A stretch of 64,000 nt of DNA, from positions 15,438,001 to 15,502,000 of the forward strand of contig NC_134025.1 of the NCBI RefSeq assembly GCF_964204645.1, in the 5' to 3' direction. The stretch comes from Tubulanus polymorphus. Taxonomy: Eukaryota > Animalia > Nemertea. Below are positions 50,175 through 63,713 of the stretch, piece after piece. The notes beneath the pieces were generated by a model that made no database searches, was not told where the DNA came from, and worked only from the letters and a program-made list of their open reading frames with translations. Both the position numbers and the translations under genes were made by a program. Numbering within the stretch: the first letter of the stretch is position 1; every line of letters begins with the position of its first letter.

Positions 50175-52413
50175 TTCACTCAGAAAAATCGTTGTTACGC
50201 GCGACCTGCACCATGGGGCGCGTACAAAAGAATAGATTATAAGGCAATATTGCCTATGCGACTGTACACGACTGTTTTCAACAAGAATTATATCAGAAAG
50301 TTGTTTACTCGGCCGAGTGATTGATTGAATTCAACAATCCACTCAGCTTAGTAAAAGTTAAGTTCTTTACTCGGCAGAGAAAATGATAGAATTAGCCGAT
50401 CTACTCAGCCCGGTGACTGATTAACCCATTAGCGCTCAACCCGCCAGTATCCGCCCTGGCAATTACTCCTCAAGCCGCCCGAATCTGCCCCGGAACTTTT
50501 TTCGTTTGCTGCATGAAAAATGGTTATAGTGGGATTCGAACCCAATAGCCTATGATAAACCATACACCTAAGTCCTTGAAATACCAAACAGAAATCAACA
50601 TCCTCTTATTTCATTCTCGAGTATTTCGAGTTTGAATATGACACATTTGAGCGCTCGCTTCAAATCCAAGTAAGTTTGGATGAATTTCAGGGGGGGGAGC
50701 AAAACGACACGATTTTGGTGGCCCACCTCATCAAATCTTACATCTTATGAAAGCCTGGACTATTTACTATGAAATAACACTAACTTGTAACGCATGGAAA
50801 TAAACAGCAAATGAGCTATTCTACATAGTGCAATTCCTGAGTGCTAATGGGTTAAATTTAGCAGTCACACTCGGCCAAGCTAGCAGTCAAGTTCGATTCA
50901 AAAGTCTGCTGCAGTCATGGCCATCCAGTTCACTGTATTCCGAAGACACTTTCAGACTTTCGTCTTCCTTCAAACATAATTACGAAGGAATTTTTTAACA
51001 ACTTCTCAACAACTTAAGTGCATGTTATTATGGATTTTAGAAAAAGAAACTAACTCTAATCTAATACAGTAGAACTGGCGTAAGGCGCACAGTTTTAAGT
51101 CGGAAATCTGCAAAGTTGGCCAAATTATCCCGATTTTTTCAGTTCATTTTCCTATCGAAATCTGTATCAAAGTCGGATTCTAGAAGTCGGAAATTCTGCT
51201 AAAATATATGTTCCGAAAGTTTCAAAGCAATGCATTTTCAAAATCTTTAAGTCATTCGGCTAATTTCAGTCCTTTTTAAAAAGATCGTCACTGGCGCGCA
51301 GCATCGATCATGTACCAGTAGATCGATTTTTCTGTTAAAGGACACATGTTAAGCACATGTTTACATAGTAGGATCTTCGGTAGCTAACTCAGATTTTCAT
51401 AGAAAACCCCCCAAATCCAACTTACACATAATTGGAATTTTCCGACATTCTCGCATTGTCCAAACGTGTATGACTTATGCACTGTTCATTATAATCATTA
51501 TCTAATACACATTGTGAAATTGTGATACAACATACACATTGTGATACAACATTTAGCTATGGACCAGATTATTGAATCAATGAGAGGCCACGCAAAATGA
51601 GAAGCTTAGTATTTTTATGATCCTTTCTTTAGAAAAGATAGAAATAAAAAGCTGTATGCCAATTATTTGATCTAGTAATTCCCAATTTCCCGTGTTTATG
51701 AAATAAATCTCCCATCTCATGAATTTCGCGTCATGATCATTTTATGAAAAAAAATGCTCTTCAAAAACGTTGCATCAGTAGGCCTATTTGTGGTTGTCTG
51801 TTATCAAAACTGATACTCCTCTCACGATAAGCATTGCGTTTTCTTAAAAGGTTTTCAAGTATAAATCCTAGGGGTCTTGTTTTGCTCTCGTTTTCCTTTT
51901 CGTTGGCCTTTGCGCGTCAAATTGGCAAATATAGGTCACGTCAAAACTCTTATTGTGTCTATAGTAAAATGCAACCTACATAATGATAATGTATTGTATC
52001 ATTGATTTTAGTCATAGAATAATATGTAAACGGGTTCCCTATGCACCGTAGGCCTATATATCGCAAAACATATTCTTTCTCTTGGTGAGTAAATTTGAGT
52101 TACTCAGTCGAGTGAGATTGTGAAATTGCATCAGTCACTCGGCCGAGTAAACAACTTTTTAAAATGAGTAATGGCCGAGTAAATTGATGAATTCTATTGT
52201 AAGCTAGGCCGAGTAACGAAATTAGTTTACTGTTATAGCTGGGCCGAGTGGACCACCAAATTTAACCACTCACTCCGCCGAGCAAATATCTTCAATTAGC
52301 TCGGCCGAGCAAATGCCCGAGTAACTTGTCAACTTAGTGACTTTAATATACCAGGATAGGAATGTGGTTGACTATTTGTGCGAACAGTTACACCCTTGCG
52401 ATCCTGACTGTGT
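50175..52413. mobile_element. Probable EnSpm-like non-autonomous element with actcggccgagt subterminal arrays
   Basis: Clusters of the palindrome ctcggccgag at 50300-50420 and 52100-52325. Termini are uncertain. Confidence 0.45.
50425..50851. mobile_element. piggyBac-type MITE
   Basis: TTAA|cccattagcgctc ... gagtgctaatggg|TTAA. Confidence 0.85.
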
Positions 52414-54548
52414 TTCTCAGCCACTAATGGTCTAACTGACTCAACTACTTAATATATAATTTCCACAAACACAGTGGTCGGCAGGAACAAATACGTCAGA
52501 TCAATATGTTTTAGCTATGAATTATGCTGAATGACTTGTTGCTTTAAGACTTGATTAAATTAAATTTAAGTTTATGAAATTCAAGCTGTACCAATAAGAG
52601 TATGTTAGTCGACTACAACAAACATTTTAGAGTGAGATATCGCCTATTAGAGTCACATTGATGGTTCAAAAAGATACGGCATTCCTGATTCAAAGACTTT
52701 TCATGAACAATGTGTATCACTTTCTATGATTTATTTTTGAAATTAATAAGAACAATGTTAGAAACTTGTGATGAAGTTAATTCTTATAAAAAAAAACTCA
52801 TTACATTCAATAACCCAATGAAAAATGCCCTTATTTATAATGCGCGCACCAGCGCCAATATGCTTATCCATACGCTGTCATTATAGCGTGTGCAGTGACA
52901 CAGTAGTAACCTGCTAGCACATGCTTGCCTTGGGTACACTTGCATGGTGAGGCGTCGACTGTTGCTACACGATACGTCTATCTGTAGAAATTGAAGATGT
53001 TCAAGGACATTGTCTGCCAACCTTTCAAATTATAAGAATCCCACTGGTGTTGTCATATCGCGGAATCACAGAATTTTCCAAAAACACGGAATTTCTTCAT
53101 TTTCACTATACAGGGTGTCTCAGAAAATATGTTACCCTTTGCCTTAAGGTTACTTATTCATTAACTATGATTTTAATTATCATTTCTTGGGGTAAAGTTG
53201 ATAGACCAGGATGTTTACTTGAGAATGACATGTTGAAATGTTAAAATAAGTCACGCATGGCTGAGCATCACCATCACCATCACCATCACCATCACCATCA
53301 CCATCACCATCACCATCACCATCATCATCAATATCATCATCATCTGCCTATGGCGCAGCATGGCATCGATCACAACCTGGCTCCACCTCGAGCGCTCTTC
53401 TGCTGCGCGGATGAGTGATCCGAGGCTTAATCCAGTCCACTCCTTGATGTCATCCAGCCACATCCTGCGCGGTAGCCCTCTAATTCTTTTGCCATCAGCA
53501 GAGCCCTGCAGGATGGTATTTGCCAGAGAGCCCTTTTCCCTTGTGATGTGTCCGAACCACAGCATTTTCCGCTTTCTGACGGTGTCCATGAAGCTGTCAT
53601 GGGATCCAATGATGTCAGTGACCATTTTTCTGACCTTCTTGTTAGACCTCCTTGCAAGGACCAGTGGACACCCAGGATGCGGCGAAGGCAAATGCTGTTA
53701 TTCTCTTTGTGAGTTCCACATGGTCCCGGATTCACAGGTGTATGAGAGGACTGCAAGCACCAAGGATCGTAACAGTCGAATTTTAGACTTCAAGCTGATG
53801 TCGCCATATTGGTTTCAGTCTGGCAAGAGCTCCTGTTGCTTTCGCAATTCTTGCTGTTACTTCCTTTGAGGAGCTTCCGTCCTCTGTCTGTATTGCCCCT
53901 AGGTACGGTACGTGAACTCAGCTACTAGTTCTAAGTTTGTGCCTCCAATATCAGAAACAGCCCGTGCTGTCCCACCACTGACCAACGTTTTGGTCTTTGA
54001 TAGGCTCACTTCCATGCCATATCTCTTGCTGGCCCAATTGAGTGAGGTGGCTTGGTTTTGGTGGTCTCTTTCGCAGCCATTGATGAGATCTATGTCATCA
54101 GCAAACTTAAAGTTACTGACAATTCGTCCGCCAATCTTCACCGGCTCTTGGTAATCAATCAGTGCCTCCTGCATGACATTCTCAAGGAATATATTGCACA
54201 GAGATAGAAGGTGGGAGAGAGAAGGCATCCTTGCCTCACACCAACTGAGGTAGGGAAGCAGTTGCTGAACTCCGTGCCACATTGTACCATGCTTTTGGAG
54301 ACCTTGTAAAGTGCTTCAATGATGCTTACAAGGCCCCTGCTTATGTTGAACCTTTTCAGCACAGCCCACAGTCCCTCATGCCATACCCTGTCGAAGCATT
54401 TTTTTGTAATCTATGAAGCAGTGGAATATAGGTTTCCCGAGATCTCTGTACTTTTTACAGATAAGACGAAGGCTAAGTATCTGTTCGCAGGTAGATCTTC
54501 CTTTCTGGAAGCCAGCTTGCTCCTCAGCTAGGATTTCCTCTGCCTGAG

Positions 54549-55752
54549 CAGGGTTCATTGTCTCAAGCTCAGGTGAAATTCAAGCCATTTCAAGCTAGAT
54601 TTATACCATTTTCAAGCTATTTTTTAAGGCACGTTGGAAGCAATTTTCGATAGTCGCAGCCAATTTGCATATTTTTAGGTTCGTATAAAAAAGAGGTAAA
54701 ATTTTGATTCCAGTGGAACCTCCGAGTTGATACGATTCTGTTAGAGATGAAACCCATTTATCACAATGATTTTCAGCATTTCCTAGCTTAAATATTCATA
54801 CCAATCAAGATTTGGATATTAGGCCATCCCAAATTAATTGTCTGTTTTGTCGTTACACCTACTAAAATGTAGGAAGGTAGAATCATTTTTATTTGCAAAA
54901 TTTTGGGGCAAAAAAAAACCAACAAATTTATCATCGACTCTTTTAGTGGAAACAATATCCCAAATCTGCGTTCAAAATGAAACAGTAGATTGAATATATG
55001 CACGCTATAACATAACCAGCTTTAATATAGTCACTAAGAATGAATGGCAGCTTATTGGAACACTGCCAGTTTCCTGGAAAACTTCAACTATAGTCGAGGC
55101 ATGTTTTCACACGATGCACACTTAACTTCAAACATACATAGCTCATACATCGGCAGTGGGTCGGCCATTTGTATCAAAAATAAAATTTATTTCAATGAAT
55201 CCAAGAAAAAAGTTTCCACTCGGTACCTTTGAAATCGGGTCGGTCGGGTGAAGGCAAACAGACCTTTATTTTTGGATGGCCTAATACGAAATTTGTAATG
55301 TTCAATGACTTTGACTAGGTCACGGTGCCTTCAACATGGCTCTCACACCTGGTGTGGGATTTCAATGCCATTTTACATCAATGCTCGATAACATGCATGA
55401 CTGAAATTTCCCCATATGTTCAAGTCTCCAGACACTGGAGAGTTTCACCACAAGTCGCAGTGCAAGGGAGTCTCGTGATTCAATACAATTCAATTAATTT
55501 CTTTATGGATGCCTAAAACATGATGCATGCGTAGAAACGACTCAAGAACATATTCTGTCTGTGATTTCATCGAAAAAATTCGCGAAGAAGAAAATTTGTG
55601 ATATTCAAGCATTTCAAGCCATATCTTTTTATTTCAAGTCAAAAATAATTATTTCAAGCTTTCGATCTATTTTCAAGCTGTTTTCAAGCGCTTGAGTAGT
55701 ATTTCTCAAATTCAAGCCATTTCAAGCTTTTCAAGCACCGTGACGAACCCTG
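54549..55752. mobile_element. Non-autonomous DNA transposon with CAGGGTTC termini and 5-bp TSD (hAT5-like), inserted in the RTE RT
   Basis: cagggttc...gaaccctg with an exact ctgag TSD. Removing it restores RLQPQAEEIL. It carries ttcaagc subterminal repeats. Confidence 0.85.
54822..55281. mobile_element. Uninterrupted PIF/Harbinger-like MITE
   Basis: tta|ggccatcccaaattaattgtctgttt ... aaacagacctttatttttggatggcc|taa. Confidence 0.85.
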
Positions 55753-58700
55753 CTGAGGCTGAAGGCGTTTTAGTAACACCTTCAATTGGATCTTACTGGC
55801 GTGGCTAATAAAGCTGATGGTTCGGTGGTCTTCGCATTTCTGAGAATTGCCTTTCTTTGGTAGCGGGAGGACAATAGATGTAGTCCAGTCATCAGGCCAT
55901 TCTCCAGTCTCCATAACCTTGTTGCATATCTCGATGACTGGAAGACCGCCATGAACTAGTAGCTCGGCTGGAATGTTGTCTACTCCAGGAGACTTCCCAT
56001 GCTTCAGCGTTTTCACTGCTTCACTAACCTCGTCTTCTAGGATGTGTGGCTCGTAGGAGTTGTCGTCGGCTGTACGTTTCTTGAGGTCTTCCAGTACCTC
56101 CTGCTCTGCCGTGAGCTGGTAGTTGTATAGCTCTGAACAGAATTCGTGCCACCAGTTTGCTATAGCTGCTTTCTCTGTGAGAAGTGTGCCTGCCTTATCT
56201 TCGATGCAGCCGCTTCCTCCTGTGCTAGGTTTTGTCAGCAGTTTTATAGCCTGGTATGCTGATTTGGTGTTATTTCTGTGCAGGTCGTTCTCGACTTCCG
56301 CGCATTTTGTCTGCACCCACTGTTCTTTCGCTACCTTGATGTCTTTCCTGATTTTTTTGTTAATCGCTCTATATGCCTCATTATCATCTGCTGAGATGAA
56401 TCTTCTGGCCTTTAGGAGTCGCCGATGGTCACATTTTCCTAAAATTTCAGGTGTCATCCATTGACTCTTTAGCTTTTTCTTTTTGCCAATGATCTCATCG
56501 GCTGTGGTGGTGATGGCTTCTTTCGCTTTGCAGCACAGTTCATTTGCACTCTCATCCAGCTCAAGTAGTGGGGCAAATTTGCCGCCGATGGTGACCTGAT
56601 AAACATCTCGGGTCTCTGGGTTCTTCAGCTTGTCAAGGTAATATTTCACTCTTGAGTTAGTCTTTCTTGGAAGTCTTTTTAGTCGGAGGTTCATGGTTGT
56701 CAACACCAGATCGTGATCGCTCCCGATGTCAGCACCTGGGAATGTTCTGGTCCTCATCAGGTTGAAGCTACTGAGGAATCTCCGGTCCACCATTAGATAG
56801 TCAATCAGATTGTGTGACTTCCCATTTGGTGAGTGCCAGCTTGCCTTTCGACTGAGTTTCTGTTTGCAAAAGGTGTTGAGTAATGATAGGTTGTGGGTGC
56901 GTGCAAACTCCAACAAAATGAGCCATTGGTCATTTTTTTTACCGAGCCCAAGTCTTCCTATGGTACCCAGCCAGCCTGAATAGGCATCAGTCCCAATTTT
57001 GACATACCAGTCTCCATTGTCCATAACCACATCTTGTATTGGTAGCTTTGACATTACATCATTTACTTCTGAGTGGAATCGTTCCAGGGTTTCGTGAGTG
57101 GCCTCGCTGGTAGGTGCATACACTTGGACTATGGTCATGTTGAAAGGTTTCACATTCAGCCGAAGTACTAGAACTCGTTCTGAGATAGGTTGGAACTTGA
57201 ATATTGCAGGGGCTTTGTGTTTGTGTACGATGAAACCCGTTCCATGTATCCTCCTTGTTGCGTTTCCGCTGTGTATCACTCCGCTGTATTGAACTCCCCT
57301 GCACCGACAATTCTTGCCTCCGATAAACCTATTACGTTCCAAGAATAGTTTTTGAGTTCGTGGAGAAGCTGTTCTATCTTTCCCATGGCACTCAGGGTTC
57401 GAACATTCCATGTTCTGACCACAAAGTTTGCGCGTCTAAGTTGGACTGCTGTCTGGTTGTCAGTAGCATACTTGTCGATCCCGCCCTGACTTGCGGGGTA
57501 CGCGGACGTCGTTAACCCGGGCCTCGTCCGATCCGGTATGAGTCTGGTTGAGCGTTTTTCCATGTTGAAGCTTGGGCGTAATTTACCTGGCGGTGCCCAG
57601 CTCCTCTCCAGGTGGTTTAAAATCAGTGTTTTCCCTCACCTAGGAAGACTGCCATCATCCAAGGCTACGAGCTCTTCCTACCCGGGAGGATGTCTTGAGT
57701 GGCTCATGGTCTCCTGCCAGACCAGGTTTGAAATCAGAGTTTTCCATCTCCTAGGTGCGATTTTTTGCGAGTGCCACCAGCTCGGCTCACTATGGTCTGC
57801 GGTCGGCTTTCTGTGTTATAACTAGACAGGCCCCACGAATGAGGCTCCCCTATCCGCCACCTGGGGACGCGCTGAGTGGCTCTGTGAGCTGAGCCCCTGG
57901 GAAATTACCCAGAGCCCTGAGCACTAGCAGGTAAATGAATCGCCATTACAATGCTGTCGAACCAAATTTGCGGATTTTTCCATTGTGAACGTGTATTGTT
58001 AAATGACCACCTGCCTGTTGGAAAATTGATTTAAAATCACAAAATCATTGAATTTCACACCTTGTGATGTTTTTCCCTATCGGGAAATGTAAAAACTAAG
58101 TAACTCAAAAGACCATCAGCAAGAATCAAGGACTTAGTGTCCGGAAGGTAACTGATTTTGAGAAATACTGAATCTGATGTATCAAAATTCAACGTTGAGC
58201 TTAACTGTGCATGCATGTCAATTAACTTCGATAACCTATGTTAGCCCTGGTCCAGATCTATTATCCGACTACATTCTGACTGTTACTGCAGCTGGTATAT
58301 ATCGTATATAGCCAGTGAATGGTATCATAAAATAATGTCAGATAAAATTGCGATTCGACACCGGGTATCCCGGTTACTATTTATAGTGATAGTGAAGAAA
58401 TTCAATGTTCAAAAAAAATTCTGCGATTCCGTCATTCCGGATATGACAACACTGGATTCCCATTGAGTTTCCAGCAAAGATTCTCAAGGAAAGTACTACC
58501 GCTACGGGCCCTTGGTGCTTAGGGACCCATTCACCAGAACTATTCTTGCGTATTTAACCTCATTTTTCAGATCTTTGTAAACTCAATTACTGTAAAAACA
58601 GTGTCCTCTGGACCCGATGGCGACAAAAAAGATTTTAAAAAAATTCCGTCAACCAAATCAAAAATGACGTAATCACCCAGCTAAACAGCCACATGAGGAT

Positions 58701-58794
58701 ATTTTTCTCTTAGAAACGAATGTTGAAAAAATATGGCAATAGCTGGACAAAAATTTGGATCATTCTAATATGACAATGCAATATTCAAACTAAC

Positions 58795-59034
58795 CTCACA
58801 GCATCCATTTGAGGTTTGGCATTTTCAAACATATCTTGCGTACTTGTGGTCAAAGGGCTAGTTACACTTCTGATCTTATGCTGCCTTGGTGAAATGTGAG
58901 ACTTTAAAGAGTCCGACGATTTTGAGTCCATTTTTGCTGGCCCATCTGGAGATTTTGAAATGGAGTTTGCTGCATGAGCATTGGTTCTCTTCTGTATCTG
59001 TTCCAGTGCATCAGACATTTCAAGAAGTCGTGAC
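58795..59034 (-). CDS. Probable host gene exon (SRLLEMSDALEQIQKR...PQMDAV)
   Basis: tgtag acceptor and AG|gttagt donor, 240 nt, phase 2-2, open frame. Confidence 0.6.
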
Positions 59035-59349
59035 CTACAATTGCAATGCAATGATTCTGATTATTTTTGACAATAAATCATTTAAACACTTAATATAGCC
59101 CTTAGTGATCAGAGGGGCCAACGGAAAACCATTCAGGGTGGTAAAAAATTCTACGCACTATTTGTCAATGCGCTGTAGGCCTAATTATATGCTCTGATTT
59201 CACCAATATGAGGTGTAAATTGCAGTTAGTTGTATTTTTTTCTGTAAGATGCAGTATGAAAAGAGAACAATGATGATAATAAGTCTGAAGCACCGGTGAA
59301 TAATAATTCAAAACTTTCAGAGAACAGAAATTAAGTGAACAGAGGATTG

Positions 59350-59990
59350 ATGATTATGATAATAATAGGCATTTATATATATTTTATTTACCGCACTACA
59401 CTACGTCTCAGACGGTTTACAATAAAAATTCAGCTGTAAAACACATTTAAACTACTAATAAAAGTGTTCTTTAAACAGAAAAATTTCAAGATGAGATCTG
59501 AAATTATCAATGTCATTACAGTTCCAACGATTTAACTTAGATCATTCCATCAAATTAAGAGGTAGATTATTCCATCAAATTTGCGCTGCATGAGAAAAAG
59601 ATCAATTCCTTTAGTTTTAGGTAAAACACGAGACAGTGTAACACTTCTCTCTGAGTGCAATGGTCATCTTGGCTTACACACAGACAGAAGTTCCTGAAGG
59701 TACAAAGGTGCAACCACATGTACTCTTATGAAACCAAATAACTTCTGTTTTGGAATTGTTAATACAACAAATTATCTCTAATCCATTGTCATAGTTGATT
59801 AATACATGCTTCAATTTTTGCTAGAACGGTAAGCAGTTTTTCACATGCAATGTATAGATTATATAAGCAATAGGTGTATAAAGTAAATATAACCAACCTC
59901 AGGACTGACCTTTCGCGAATACCACATGGTAAATCAGCAATCATACCAAGTTTGCCATCTATAACTATTTGCTGTGTATGTTCATTTATA
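59350..59990 (-). mobile_element. Degraded, internally deleted L2/CR1 fragment
   Basis: LPCGIRERSVLRLVIFTLY (GVPQGSVLGP-like), APLYLQELL and an L2-type 3' end. Confidence 0.6.
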
Positions 59991-61078
59991 GGCTGCTTGA
60001 CATTTTGTATACAATGAATATTTCGACAGATGCTCATGAAGCTTATTAGCAGCCATACGTCAAGCAGCTGTGCGGCTATAGGTAACTAGACATTGGCCTA
60101 TAATTATTTATTGGTTTGGATCCAAATTTTAATTTGGTGGTTTTTTATCAATGGTTTGACCAGTGCATGTTTATTGTAAAGAACAATGGGTCCAGTAGGA
60201 TCAACTGAGTACATTTTAGTTTTGAGCACAAAAATCGATTTTTTCTTGGATTTGCAATATTAAATAGCTGAAGAAATAAATAATCGTAGACTGTGTAGTC
60301 AAACATGTTCAACTTTGATAATAAAACATAGTAATGGGTTTTCGCAATGAGTCACATGGTAGAACATTTCTTGATTATGATGTCACTGGAAAGCCCTTCT
60401 AAAGGGATTTCCAAGTGATACCCTTCTGAAGGGCATTCCATGTGATGTCAGGAAACATCAGTTACTAGAATGGGGAAAAATTCATTGAAGTTTTGCACAT
60501 TTTCTACGAGCACCTTTAAACGACTTAGAGCTGATGGACGAAACTTGCCATATCAATTCCAAAACGGCTTAGAGCTGATGGACGAAACTGACCATATCAA
60601 TTCCAACACCTATTTCCCTTCTAATGACAAAATATTAGTTTTGTTTATTCTTTGGTTACAATTTGTGCCACAAAGAGCTAACAGAAAGTTACTCTCAGGA
60701 CCATTCAACACAGTTGATCCTAAAAAGTAGGTATAACACCAGTTTCAAAACAAGAGATCCATGGAACTTGAGACTTCGTCGAGATAATCGGATCCAGTTT
60801 GGGAAAAGGAACAGGTCCCGCCTCGCTGGGCAGGCTGGATCAATGTTTTAAATGTATCAATTACATTTACATGTATAACAAATATATATGTCACCACTTG
60901 TGCTGAAATGTAATTTAGAATTCAATACTCTCTTAATTCTAAAATATGCTTGTTTTCTGGCCTTATTTTCTCAAATGAGCTGAAACTTTTCGCTGGTAAT
61001 TCGCTGGCAATTTCTTTTGAGGTTTATGTTTGATGCTCTATCCAACCACTCCAGTTTAAACTGCATATCAGTGAATAC

Positions 61079-61409
61079 CTCTTAAAAGCTTTTCGATTTT
61101 TTTGAAAACGCACAACAGTTTGATTGCCAACAAGTTGTTGACAAACAGCGAGTCCATTGAGACTTGAATTGTATTAACTTCAACTTTTTTTAAAAATGTG
61201 CGGTCTGAGGGAAATTAATGTCCGATATATCACTACTGCACATGCTGGTACCACTAGGTTGTTTCAGATAGGAAATGCCTCTACTTCAGTGGAGTATCGA
61301 TTTTTCAAGCTATTCTGAGGAAAGCAGTGTTTGTTGTAGTAGAGACAAATAGAAACCACTCTAGTGTAGATAGGGATTGTACGTATCATTCAACATCCAT
61401 TTGACAAAT
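61079..61409 (-). pseudogene. Exon-like segment with stops and a frameshift
   Basis: tttcag acceptor and AG|gtattc donor bound a protein-like text (ICQMDVE*YVQSLSTLEWF / LSLLQQTLLSSE*LEKSIL...KKIEKLLR) with several stops. Confidence 0.3.
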
Positions 61410-62142
61410 CTGAAACAATAGAGGTACCAATTTAGTTTCTGCCTAATCAAAATACAAATAAAAAGTATGCAATACACTGCCAGGGCTTGTCAAGTTAGGA
61501 TATCTATTAGGCCGGCCATGGAAAACCCCATGACCAAGTTAGTTACGAAAAAAATCTTAAGTCAAGACCCAAGAAAAATTTGGGCAGACGCTACCGCCTG
61601 GCCCAGCCATTTTCATTCATCCCTCCAACACCATACAAGTCTACGACAACTGTCAAAATAACTTGCCCCCGTCCCATATTGCAATGACAGAAATACTTAA
61701 AAAAAAACTCACCCAAGCAGGAATCCTGAAGCAGAGATTGAGAACAATGAATCTGAAAAAAATGGAAATATTTTACTCATTTTATGGTTACATAGGCCAT
61801 ATGCGGCTGAGAGCAGATCGTCTCCCAGGCGAAATGAATTAAGCTGAAATTTGAATTTGATAATTAATAATTATTAGAAGGGCACACAAATGCGGTTGAA
61901 AATAAATCACATGCCACTAAAAATTACGCTGCATACTTTGATATCGATGCAATGTAGCTCCTTTAATCATTAACCTAGGTAAATGACGGTTTGTCGATAG
62001 AAATCGACAGAACACCAGCTAACACCTCAGTTGTCAGGTTGTTTAATTTACTTTTCGTAAGAATTTAGCGTGCTGAAGACACTGACGGAATAAATCGAAG
62101 TCAGAATTCCATCAACATTGGACCCAGCATTGCCATACTTAA

Positions 62143-62774
62143 AGAGCATATGCCATCAAAATAGAATATTGTGTAAAATTCACTTTCAAATGTGATGTAT
62201 TCGCAAATATCAAATAAGGAACTGGTTTGAATTTTAGTTCAGCCATTACTGAGAAATATGACTTTCAAATCGTCAATTTCAGCACATGCTCACTGTTATT
62301 GTTTATCTTAGCTGGTGCGTGTTTCTGACGTCATCTCTGACAAACGCTCGCGGCTTCCAGTCATTTCATTAGACATTTCATGCGATATTTTATCGTTTTG
62401 GGAGTGATTTGAATTAATAAACTCTTACAATTGTATAGTGTTGCTACCGTTGTATATGACGTGAGTAGCACTGTAGGTTAGTGAATACAGTGAACAAATG
62501 GTGTTTATTTCATCGATTAAACATAGGCTACGCATACTAGCGTGCACATGTGCTTGTTTTGATTGTCATAGTTAACATCATAAATAGCGCCACCAGCTGG
62601 TTGAATATGAACTATACGCACCGAGTGAAGGATAAATAGATGACTATTCTGCTAACTATTATGGCTAATTCGTGCTCCTTTTTTCAATACGTCACATCTC
62701 AGGTCGTTATATGTATACTAAAGTTTCTTCTGGTTAAGAAATCGCGGAAAGTACAATTTTGATGGCATTTCCCT
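62143..62774. mobile_element. Kolobok-like MITE
   Basis: TTAA|agagcatatgccatcaaaa ... ttttgatggcatttccct|TTAA. Confidence 0.75.
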
Positions 62775-63532
62775 TTAACTGGATTCATACACTACATTAG
62801 ATAGTTCAACGATATTCAGCAAAAAACATGAACTTCACTTACCCAAGACGTCAAAATGACGTGTATCCCTTGTGCAATTTCTTGCTCAGCTAAACTGGTT
62901 GTTTGGAGAATACCCGAGCTGGTGAGGGTATTTCCCTGGTTTTCCCTCAACAACCAATCAGAGTGCAGCTTTCTCACAATGACGTCACAAGCGCGATCAG
63001 GCAGGCCGCAGCCTATACCGTTGAAGAGCAGTGATTAGCTGAAAGAGCCCACGTGATCTTCGGATGGAACATATATTAGCGAAAAAATACCGAACAGTAC
63101 AAAAGACGAGTTTACGTGCACGGCATTTTGTGAGCAAGTTATTTCCGGAAAGGTCTCCAGGCCATTATGAAGACTTTGTCGTCGACAAAGTCAAAACAAT
63201 TTATAATTTTAGTGAGGGTCAGGTCAATAACACTAAAACATTACATGATGGTGTATGTTTAATCCAGTATCAAAATTAAACGTAAATATACTCTAGAGTT
63301 TACGCATTTATAATTCAAAAAGATTTCATTACAGGCCTACTCCTTACTTTAAAGATTTGAAATATGTGCGATTGCCATTGCTTTCCCATGGCGGTGCGCA
63401 GTCCAGGGTTCACTGCTGACCCAAATTCACTGCCAAGTACAGCAACTCTTTATGAAATGAGCTAATTTTCGAGTTATTTACCATATGCAACACTTATGCT
63501 ATTTTGATAAAATGGAGTACGGATTGATTTTA

Positions 63533-63713
63533 CAGTACAACTCATTTAATTCGGACTAATTGGGACTGGAAAGTTTTGTCCGAAATTATGAGAAATCCAA
63601 ATTATGAGCCAATTGATTTGAAATAAATGGAATTTTAGTCCTAAATTCCTGGAATTTTGGTCCTAAATAAATGGAAATCCGTATAAAACCGATCTGAATT
63701 AAAAGAGTGACTG
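63533..63713. mobile_element. Tigger/pogo-like MITE
   Basis: TA|cagtacaactcatttaattcgga ... tctgaattaaaagagtgactg|TA. Confidence 0.65.

Larger units (their letters stand above)
53267..57930 (-). mobile_element. Near full-length RTE-clade LINE (APE and RT), degenerate, with a (GTGATG)n tail
   Basis: APE motifs TWNVRTL, IGLSEAR, IVQVYAPT, IDYLMV and GSDH. RT motifs KSPGVDNIPAELL, EEQAGF, GVRQGCLLSP and FADDI, then LWFGHITR and W.DDIKEW. A GC-rich 5' UTR is present, and the tail reads (catcac)n at 53266-53344. Confidence 0.92.

Noticed and set aside
55684-57411. 575-aa ORF as an intact gene
   Set aside because: It is a frameshifted RTE ORF whose C-terminus runs into an inserted DNA transposon.
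60520-60605. Tandem ctgatggacgaaac motifs as hammerhead ribozymes
   Set aside because: The core reads CTGATGG rather than CUGANGA and there is no stem II. A 43-bp local duplication explains it better.
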